Part shown: one piece after another, positions 25,078 through 32,000 of the stretch
Layout of the letters: the number at the start of each line of letters is the position of its first letter
Numbering within the stretch: the stretch's first letter is position 1
Assembly (NCBI GenBank): GCA_030167145.1
Contig: CP126532.1
Location: 4,530,001 to 4,562,000 of the forward strand
Length of the DNA: 32,000 bases
Direction of reading: 5' to 3'
DNA from: Ktedonobacterales bacterium
Lineage (GTDB): Bacteria > Chloroflexota > Ktedonobacteria > Ktedonobacterales > JADMIN01
Made by a program: the position numbers and the translations under genes
Notes under the pieces: generated by a model
The model's input: the letters and a program-made list of their open reading frames with translations, nothing else
Told to the model about the DNA's origin: nothing
Databases searched by the model: none

Positions 25078-25186
25078 TGGCTCCGCTGTGAGCGGTTGTA
25101 TTGAGCGAAGCGCCGGTTTGCGGACTGTGAACTGGCGCTTCGTCGCGTACCGTCTCATGTAACCATCACGATAGCCGGTGGAACAG

Positions 25187-26689
25187 CTACGCGGGCATCA
25201 GCGCCGACGCAGTGCGCGCGGCATGGACGAAGGCACGCATCTTCTCTGGGTCTTTGGCGTGGTGCGTTTCGATGCCGCTGCTCACATCCACGCCACGCGG
25301 CTGGGCAGCAGCCAGCGCGCCAGCCACATTCTCTGGCGCAAGGCCACCGGAGAGGATCACTGGCCAGCGTTCCGCCGCCCGGCGCGCTAGCTCCCAGTCG
25401 CCGGTCTCGCCGGTGCCGCCATATGCCCCGCTAGAAGAAGGGGTATCGAGCAGCAGAGCCGCCCCAGCCATCGCATAGGCGTCCAGCCGTTCCAGGTCGG
25501 CTTCCGCACGCAAGCGTATGGCTTTGATGATCTGGAAGCGTGTGCGTCGCTGCACCTCGGCACAATATTCGGGCGTCTCATCGCCGCTAAGTTGCACAGC
25601 CAGCAGCCCAGCGCGATAAGCAGTGGTGAGCAGTGATTCCAGTGGTTCGTTTACGAAGACGCCTACCGGCCAGACTATCCTCTCCATATCCATCGCTTCG
25701 TTGCGAATGGTGTCGCTGATTTCGCGCGCCTGTACGGCCGTGACACGCCGGTGCGGCGGAGCCTGGGGCGCGAAGACCAGCCCCATCGCGTTCGCGCCCA
25801 GTTCAGCGGCCAGCGCGCCCTGTTCTGGGGTCGCCAGTCCGCAGAGCTTAATGAACGGCCATTCAGCGCCACGGAAGAGGGCAGTCATCGCGCCGCTCGG
25901 AGCCGTCGCCAGTTCGCGCGCCATGGCCTGGGGGGCAGCCGCGCGCATCAGAGCCTCACCGACGAGAATGGCGTCCGCGCCCCACGCCCGCGCCCGCGCC
26001 GCGCCAAGCGCATCAGCGATGCCGCTCTCGGCGACGAATGTGCGGTCCGCTGGCACGAGTGGCCGCAGACGGCGCACGATGGCGGTATCTACAGCGAAGG
26101 TGCGCAGGTCGCGGCTGTTCACGCCGATGACCCGCGCGTCCGCCGCCAGCGCCCGCTGGACCTCTTCAGCGTTATGCGCCTCCACCAGCGCCTCCATGCC
26201 AAGGGAGCGAGTGAGCGCGAGCAGTTCGCGTAATGCCGCATCGTCGAGCAGCGCACAGATGAGCAGCAGCGCATCTGCCCCAGCGGCGCGCGACTCGTAG
26301 ACTTGATACGGATCGAGGATGAAGTCTTTGCGCAGCACGGGCACGTCCACCGCCGCGCGCACGGCTCTGAGATGTTCGAGCGCGCCAAGGAAGAAGTGCG
26401 GTTCCGTCAGCACGCTGATCGCCGCCGCGCCGCCCGCCGCATACGCCCTCGCCTGCGCCACCGGGTCGAACGTCTCGACGAGCAACCCCTTCGAGGGCGA
26501 TGCGCGCTTGACCTCGGCGATCAGCGCCGCCGCACGTTTGGGTGTCGGATGGATTGCTTCGCGAAACGGGCGTGGCGCGGGCGCGGCTGCGGCACGGGCA
26601 CGCAACTCGTCCAGTGGCACGCGCGCCTGGCGTTCGGCAAGGTCGCGCTGGGTCGCCGCGACGATGCGTTCGAGAAATGTCTCAGCCAT
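25187..26689 (-). CDS. trpCF: bifunctional indole-3-glycerol-phosphate synthase / phosphoribosylanthranilate isomerase
   Basis: The N-terminal half is TrpC (LIAEVKRASPSKG, LRKDFILDPYQVYESR, IGVNSRDL). The C-terminal half is TrpF (IKLCGLATPEQ...GLVFAPQ, LLDT...GGTGETGDW, ILSGGLAPENV). The ATG is at 26689, with GGTGGGG upstream. Confidence 0.9.
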   Translation of the reverse strand: MAETFLERIVAATQRDLAERQARVPLDELRARAAAAPAPRPFREAIHPTPKRAAALIAEVKRASPSKGLLVETFDPVAQARAYAAGGAAAISVLTEPHFFLGALEHLRAVRAAVDVPVLRKDFILDPYQVYESRAAGADALLLICALLDDAALRELLALTRSLGMEALVEAHNAEEVQRALAADARVIGVNSRDLRTFAVDTAIVRRLRPLVPADRTFVAESGIADALGAARARAWGADAILVGEALMRAAAPQAMARELATAPSGAMTALFRGAEWPFIKLCGLATPEQGALAAELGANAMGLVFAPQAPPHRRVTAVQAREISDTIRNEAMDMERIVWPVGVFVNEPLESLLTTAYRAGLLAVQLSGDETPEYCAEVQRRTRFQIIKAIRLRAEADLERLDAYAMAGAALLLDTPSSSGAYGGTGETGDWELARRAAERWPVILSGGLAPENVAGALAAAQPRGVDVSSGIETHHAKDPEKMRAFVHAARTASALMPA

Positions 26690-26698
26690 GATCCCCAC

Positions 26699-27688
26699 CT
26701 AATCCTCGCCCGCTTCACTCTCGCCCGTTGAGGAGAGATATCCATGCAAGAAGCGCATATTCCACCTATATGTCTCAGAACCATCCCACGCCGCATAAGC
26801 CGTCGGAACCGGCTGCCGAATCAGCTCGTCCGCCGATGTGCCAGCCCGCATCGCATCTCGTACCGCCGCGAGGGAATCCCTGATATACTGGCGCACCCGC
26901 GCGCAATCTTCCAATGTGCCCACCGGCCCATGCCCCGGCACGAGCGTCCGCAGGTCCAGCGTTTCGACGTGATCCAGAATCCGTATCCATTCTTCGGGAT
27001 CGCCGTCGCCCATCCACGGGTGCGACTTCACGAACAGCAGGTCGCCCATCACGGCTACATGGTCATCAGGCAGATACAAGAAGGCGTCGCTATGGGTATG
27101 CCCGCCGCCGATAGTGAGAAACTCCACGCGCCGCTGTGCTCCCTGAAGCACGATACTGGTGTCGAAGGTCAGCGTGGGCAGGGGCAGGCGCAGCGCGGGC
27201 AGCGCGGCATCGAACAGTCGCCAGGTCGCCAGATCGGCGGCGAGGGCGCGTTTGCGCGCCTCATCCTGTTCGCCCGCTAACTCCTCTTCTTGCTTGCGCA
27301 GTTGCTCAGCGCCTTTCTCTGGGTGCGCCTGGCCGCGTTCGATGTCATGCAGTGTGCGCTCAGCCATCAATTCGCGTGTGCGGCGGGTGGCGACGATCAC
27401 CGCGTCCGCGAAGACCTGATTGCCCTGCACGTGGTCGCCGTGAAAGTGGGTATTGAGTACATAGCGCACCAGACGCCCAGTAAGCTGCTCCGCCGCCGCG
27501 CGCAGGTCGTCCGCTGCCTGGGGGGTGAGCATCGTATCGAGGACCAGAGTGCTATCGCCCAGGTCTACGATAGCGGCATTGCCCATTGCGCCAGCGCCCT
27601 CGATGGCGATGGCTGCGTAAACGCCCTCGGCCACGCGCTCCAGGCGAAAATGCCGCAACACGGGCATATCCTTCGGCTCTGCATACAT
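26699..27688 (-). CDS. MBL-fold metallo-hydrolase embedded in the trp operon
   Basis: The HxHxDH motif is LNTHFHGDHVQGN, and downstream His/Asp ligands are present (GGGHTHSD, PGHGPV). The gene starts 31 nt after the trpD stop and ends 9 nt before the trpCF start. The start at M18 was computed from the ORF frame. Confidence 0.8.
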   Translation of the reverse strand: MYAEPKDMPVLRHFRLERVAEGVYAAIAIEGAGAMGNAAIVDLGDSTLVLDTMLTPQAADDLRAAAEQLTGRLVRYVLNTHFHGDHVQGNQVFADAVIVATRRTRELMAERTLHDIERGQAHPEKGAEQLRKQEEELAGEQDEARKRALAADLATWRLFDAALPALRLPLPTLTFDTSIVLQGAQRRVEFLTIGGGHTHSDAFLYLPDDHVAVMGDLLFVKSHPWMGDGDPEEWIRILDHVETLDLRTLVPGHGPVGTLEDCARVRQYIRDSLAAVRDAMRAGTSADELIRQPVPTAYAAWDGSETYRWNMRFLHGYLSSTGESEAGED

Positions 27689-27719
27689 CTCGCACACCAT
27701 CCCTTTCTTGCTCTCGCAC

Positions 27720-28760
27720 TTATGCCGTAACCGGCGCAAGGGCGCGCGTCATGGCGATCAATGCGTCCAGTGTGGTGATGCACTTGCCCGCGCTGAGCAC
27801 ATCCCGCGCCTGACGCACACCGTCGCGGATCGTGTCCGCGCGGCCCGTCACATAGAGCGCCGCCCCCGCGTTGAGCGCCACCATCTCGCCGATAGCGCCA
27901 TTCTGTTCGCCCTTGAGCACGCTGCGCATCACGGCGGCATTGTGCTGGGCGTCTCCGCCGCGCACCTGCTCGCGCTCGCGCAGTGGCAGGCCCATCTCGT
28001 CCGGCGTCACAATATATTCACGAATGTCGCCCGCATCGCCGCGCACCTCGCACACATGCGTGGGCGCGCTCAGCGATAGCTCATCCACGCCGTCATCGCC
28101 ATGCACGATCAGCGCGCGGGCGCAGCCCAGTCGCAGCAGCGCCTCGCCCATCAGCGGCAGCAGCGCGCCATCGGCGACGCCCAGCACCTGATAGCGCGCG
28201 CCCGCCGGATTGGTGAGCGGACCTAGGATATTGAAGACAGTGCGAATACCGATCTCGCGGCGTGTCGGGCCGACGTGGCGCATCGCGGGGTGGTAGGCGG
28301 GCGCGAACATGAAGCCGAAGCCGACCTGCTCGACACACGCCGCTACCTGCTCTGGGCCAAGCTCCAGTTTGACGCCCAAGGATTCCAGCACGTCGGCGCT
28401 GCCGCAATGGCTGGTGGCGGCGCGGTTGCCGTGCTTCGCCACTGGCTGGCCGAGCGCGGCGACGACCACTCCCGCCGCCGTGGAGACGTTGAAGGTGCCG
28501 GAGGCGTCGCCGCCGGTGCCGCAGGTATCTACCGCCTGGATATGCGAAGGAAGAGGCACGCGCAGCGCTTTCTCGCGCATCACCCGTGCGAGCCCCGTCA
28601 CCTCGTCCACCGTCTCGCCCTTCAGGCGCAGCGCGGTCAGAAATGCGCCAAGCTGGGATGGCGTGGCCGTGCCACTCATCATTTCGTCCATTGCAGCAGC
28701 GGCTTCGCTCTCGCTTAAAGAGCCGCCCGCCACTAGTTGCGTAATCGCTTCGCGGATCAT
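27720..28760 (-). CDS. trpD: anthranilate phosphoribosyltransferase
   Basis: AFLTALRLKGETVDEVTG, DTCGTGGDASGTFNVST and NRAATSHCGSADVLE are present. A GGAGGA RBS precedes the start. Confidence 0.95.
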   Translation of the reverse strand: MIREAITQLVAGGSLSESEAAAAMDEMMSGTATPSQLGAFLTALRLKGETVDEVTGLARVMREKALRVPLPSHIQAVDTCGTGGDASGTFNVSTAAGVVVAALGQPVAKHGNRAATSHCGSADVLESLGVKLELGPEQVAACVEQVGFGFMFAPAYHPAMRHVGPTRREIGIRTVFNILGPLTNPAGARYQVLGVADGALLPLMGEALLRLGCARALIVHGDDGVDELSLSAPTHVCEVRGDAGDIREYIVTPDEMGLPLREREQVRGGDAQHNAAVMRSVLKGEQNGAIGEMVALNAGAALYVTGRADTIRDGVRQARDVLSAGKCITTLDALIAMTRALAPVTA

Positions 28761-28776
28761 CGAATATCCTCCAGTG

Positions 28777-29394
28777 TCATGAGGCCGGCGCGGCGGCGAT
28801 TGGGCGTCCGCCGGACGCCCCTACGGATGCCCGCATAGTCAGGAAGTTGCGCAGCAAATCTTTGCCGTGGTGGGTCAGGATGGATTCCGGATGGAATTGC
28901 ACGCCGGTGATGGGATAGTCGCGATGGCGCAAGCCCATGATGAGACCATCCACCGTCTCCGCCGTGATTTCAAGCGTAGGCGGCAGCGTCTCGCGCTCGA
29001 CGATCAGACTGTGATAGCGCGTCGCCTCGAAGGGGCTGGGCAACCCCGCCAGCACGCCTGCGCCGTCGTGAAATACATGCGCCGTCTTGCCGTGAACTGG
29101 CTCCGGCGCGCGCACAACGCGCCCGCAGTAGACCGCGGCGATGCACTGGTGGCCCAGGCAGACGCCCAGCAACGGCACAGACGGCCCCAGCCGTTCGATG
29201 AGCGCGCACGAGATGCCCGCTTCGCGCGGCGTACAAGGGCCGGGGGAGATGACGATATGCGACGGGGCGAGCGCCTCAGCCTCGGCCACGGTCAGCGCAT
29301 CGTTGCGGCGAACCAGCACATCAGCGCCCAATTCGGCGAGATACTGGTACAGGTTGTAGGTAAAGCTATCGTAGTTATCTAAAAGCAGCAACAT
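28777..29394 (-). CDS. trpG: anthranilate synthase component II (glutamine amidotransferase)
   Basis: [19 protein letters not shown], the catalytic Cys in LGVCLGHQ, and HPES are present. The ATG overlaps the trpE stop (ATGA at 29394). Confidence 0.95.
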   Translation of the reverse strand: MLLLLDNYDSFTYNLYQYLAELGADVLVRRNDALTVAEAEALAPSHIVISPGPCTPREAGISCALIERLGPSVPLLGVCLGHQCIAAVYCGRVVRAPEPVHGKTAHVFHDGAGVLAGLPSPFEATRYHSLIVERETLPPTLEITAETVDGLIMGLRHRDYPITGVQFHPESILTHHGKDLLRNFLTMRASVGASGGRPIAAAPAS

Positions 29395-30983
29395 CAGGCT
29401 TCACCTCCTCCTTGCGCCCTTCCGCCGGACGAGGCGGGCCGCGCCCCTACAGTTCGCGCTTCGGCGGCATCCAGCGCGCGCAGCACCGCACTCAGCTTGT
29501 TCTCGGTCTCCTGATATTCGGCGTCCGGTTGTGAGTCGGCAACGATGCCGCCGCCCGCCTGGGCATAGGCGATGCCGTCTTTGACAACCAGCGTGCGGAT
29601 AGCGATGCAGGTATCGAGCGCGCCATCGTAGCCAAAGTGGCCGACCGCCCCGGCGTAAATCCCGCGCCGCTGCCCCTCTAGCTCGGCGATAATCTGCATC
29701 GCGCGCACCTTCGGCGCGCCGGAGACGGTGCCCGCCGGGAAGCCCGCCCGCAGCGCGTCATAGGCCGTCAGCCCCGCGCGGAGCCGCCCCGTGACGTGCG
29801 AGACCAGGTGCATCACATGCGAGTAGCGCTCCACGTCCAGAAACTGCGTCACCCGCACACTGCCTGGCTCACTGACCCTCCCCACATCGTTACGCCCCAG
29901 ATCCACCAGCATCACGTGCTCGGCGCGCTCCTTCTCGTCGGCGCGCAATTCCGCTTCCAGCGCGGCATCGCGCGCCGGGTCGGCATCGCGGCGTCGGGTA
30001 CCCGCGATAGGGTGTACGGCGACCTCGCCATCTTCAACGCGAACCAGCAATTCAGGCGATGCGCCCACCACGGCAAAGTCATCAAGCGCAAGATAGAACA
30101 TGTACGGCGACGGATTGATCGAACGCAGCGCGCGATAGATCGCGAAGGGATGCGCACTGGTAGGCCGCGCGACCCGCCGCGACGGCACCACCTGGAAGCA
30201 GTCGCCCGCGCTGATGTAGTCCTTGATGCGCGCAACGGCGGAAGTGTACCAGCCCGCGTCATCGGCGGCAGGCGCATCAGCGCCACTGGCGACGGCAACC
30301 CCGCGCCGATGTTTGGCCGTCCCGACCGGGAAGGGACGGCGTGGCACCGGCCCGGCGAGCCGCCGCGCCATCGCATCGAGCCGCGCGTGCGCCGCATCAC
30401 GAGCGCGCTGCTCATCGCCATCCGTTGCGGTCAGATCGGCATAGGTGAGCAATTGCGCGGTATGACGCACATGATCGAAAATCAGCAGGGTGTCGCTGAA
30501 GCAGAAAACGGCCTCCGGCAGCCCCAGCGGGTCGCTAGCGGGAATCGGCGCGGACGGTTCGAAGCGTGCGGCAGCCTCATAGGCGAGGTAGCCCACCGCG
30601 CCGCCAGAGAAGCGCGGCAGCCCCGGCACACGCGCGACGGGACGGCGCTCCAACTCGGCGCGCACGGCTTCGAGCGGATCGGCGCAGGGGACGCGCTCAA
30701 CTGTGTCCGCACGTTCACCCGCCAGCCAATGATACTCTGCTATGCCGTCGCGCACGCGCAGCACCAGGTAGGGGTCCGTGCCAGCGAATGAGTAGCGCGC
30801 CAGCCGTTCGCCACCCTCCACACTTTCAAGCAAATAGCTATAGCGACCACGTGCAAGCTTGAGAAAGGCTGACACGGGCGTTTCCAGGTCGGCGGGAATC
30901 TCGCGCCACACCGGCACGAGCGCCCCACGGCGCTCATCTGCGGTGAGCGGAACCGTTTCGTTGCCTCGTGCTGGTGCGGTCAT
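29394..30983 (-). CDS. trpE: anthranilate synthase component I
   Basis: [43 protein letters not shown] and [20 protein letters not shown] are present. The start is at M23, with AGGAG 8 nt upstream. Confidence 0.95.
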   Translation of the reverse strand: MTAPARGNETVPLTADERRGALVPVWREIPADLETPVSAFLKLARGRYSYLLESVEGGERLARYSFAGTDPYLVLRVRDGIAEYHWLAGERADTVERVPCADPLEAVRAELERRPVARVPGLPRFSGGAVGYLAYEAAARFEPSAPIPASDPLGLPEAVFCFSDTLLIFDHVRHTAQLLTYADLTATDGDEQRARDAAHARLDAMARRLAGPVPRRPFPVGTAKHRRGVAVASGADAPAADDAGWYTSAVARIKDYISAGDCFQVVPSRRVARPTSAHPFAIYRALRSINPSPYMFYLALDDFAVVGASPELLVRVEDGEVAVHPIAGTRRRDADPARDAALEAELRADEKERAEHVMLVDLGRNDVGRVSEPGSVRVTQFLDVERYSHVMHLVSHVTGRLRAGLTAYDALRAGFPAGTVSGAPKVRAMQIIAELEGQRRGIYAGAVGHFGYDGALDTCIAIRTLVVKDGIAYAQAGGGIVADSQPDAEYQETENKLSAVLRALDAAEARTVGARPASSGGRAQGGGEA

Positions 30984-31035
30984 GTAGATACTCCTAACTT
31001 GGCTCTCGGTAGCGGAAGGTACGGATGGCAAGCCG

Positions 31036-32000
31036 TTACAGCAAGCCAACCCGTTCTTTGGCGAGCTTCAGCATTGCCTCCGCGCGCGGACGCACCTGCT
31101 CCGCGCCCTGCGCCAGCAGGCGGTCGAGTTCGGCGGGATCGGCGGTGATCTCCGTATAGCGCTGCTGTACCGGCTCCAGCGTGGCGACGACAAGGTCGGC
31201 CAGAGCGGCCTTGAACTCTTTGTAGCCCTTGCCCGCAAACTCCGCCTCGATCTGCTCGCGCGTCTCGCCGCCGAGCGCCTGATAGATCGTCAGCAGGTTG
31301 AAGATACCTGGACGATTCTCGTCGAAGACGATGGTGCGCTCAGAATCGGTGGTGGCGCGGGCGATCTTCTTGCGAATCGCCGTGGGCGGATCAACTAAGC
31401 TGATATACGACGCTTCGGCGCCGCTCTTGCTCATCTTCTTCGCTGGATCGTCGAGCGCCATGATCCGTGCGCCGACCTCGCGGATGCGCGCCTTCGGCTC
31501 TACGAACGTCTCGCCGAAACGGAAGTTGAACGTATTGGCGATATCGCGCGTCAGCTCGACATGCTGCACCTGATCGTCGCCGACCGGGACCACATCGGTC
31601 TGATAGAGCAGAATGTCCGCGGCCATTAGCACGGGATAGACGTAGAGACCGGCGCTGACGGACTCACGATCTTCGCCCGCTTTGACCTTGAACTGGGTCA
31701 TGCGGTTCAGCCAACCGGTTGGCGTCACGCAGTTGAGAATCCACGCCAGTTCCGCGTGCGCGGAGACGTGCGACTGCACGAAGAGCACGCTGCGCTTGGG
31801 GTCAATGCCGCTGGCGAAGAGCAGCGCGGCGAGTTGGCGGGTATTGGCGCGCAGTTCCGCTGGATCCTGCGGCACGGTGATGGCGTGCAGGTCTACGACG
31901 CAGAAGATGTTGTCATAGATGTCCTGCTCGGCGACCCAGTTGCGAATTGCCCCAATATAGTTGCCCAGCGTCGGCGTGCCCGATGGCGCAATGCCGGAAA
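31036..32000 (-). CDS. trpS: tryptophanyl-tRNA synthetase (5' end outside the window)
   Basis: Reverse translation through the window edge reads FSGIAPSGTPTLGNYIGAIRNWV...CVVDLHAITVPQDP. The KMSKS loop is present (KKMSKSG). The reading frame is open to position 32000. Confidence 0.95.
   Translation of the reverse strand, partial: SGIAPSGTPTLGNYIGAIRNWVAEQDIYDNIFCVVDLHAITVPQDPAELRANTRQLAALLFASGIDPKRSVLFVQSHVSAHAELAWILNCVTPTGWLNRMTQFKVKAGEDRESVSAGLYVYPVLMAADILLYQTDVVPVGDDQVQHVELTRDIANTFNFRFGETFVEPKARIREVGARIMALDDPAKKMSKSGAEASYISLVDPPTAIRKKIARATTDSERTIVFDENRPGIFNLLTIYQALGGETREQIEAEFAGKGYKEFKAALADLVVATLEPVQQRYTEITADPAELDRLLAQGAEQVRPRAEAMLKLAKERVGLL

Noticed and set aside
25105-25145. The hairpin cgaagcgcc-N19-ggcgcttcg between the convergent DUF4878-like and trpCF genes, considered as a bidirectional terminator.
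   Set aside because: There is no U-run on either strand and the loop is large. It may still pause transcription but cannot be called an intrinsic terminator.

Overview
GC-rich bacterial chromosomal window. Shine-Dalgarno-like AGGAG motifs and one T-box leader are visible. The phylum cannot be assigned from the sequence alone. I call about 30 protein genes. The left edge holds the first 19 codons of a probable valS behind a T-box riboswitch with promoter, candidate Val specifier and terminator. The right third is a tryptophan block on the minus strand: trpS (5' end outside the window), trpE, trpG, trpD, an embedded MBL-fold hydrolase and a trpC-trpF fusion. trpA and trpB are absent. A stand-alone tryptophan 2,3-dioxygenase lies about 3.4 kb away. 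Housekeeping genes in between include an SDR, a PAP2-like protein, ThiF/MoeB, XdhC family, Rieske, YdjM-like, a family-5 binding protein, AlkA-like, a WecA/MraY family protein and QueG. The most unusual part is 6.0-9.6 kb. An ADP-ribose-pyrophosphatase-type Nudix domain is fused to an unassigned 4-TM module, and a free-standing paralog of that module follows. Next comes a vapBC cassette bracketed by 132-bp perfect direct repeats that duplicate the 3' end of the xdhC-family gene, which looks like an integration scar with no recombinase present. A second uncharacterised locus at 16.0-20.5 kb encodes three zinc-ribbon / proline-rich / PKD membrane proteins. No tRNA or rRNA genes, CRISPR arrays or transposases were seen. 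All functional calls rest on motif recognition by eye, and no database searches were run.
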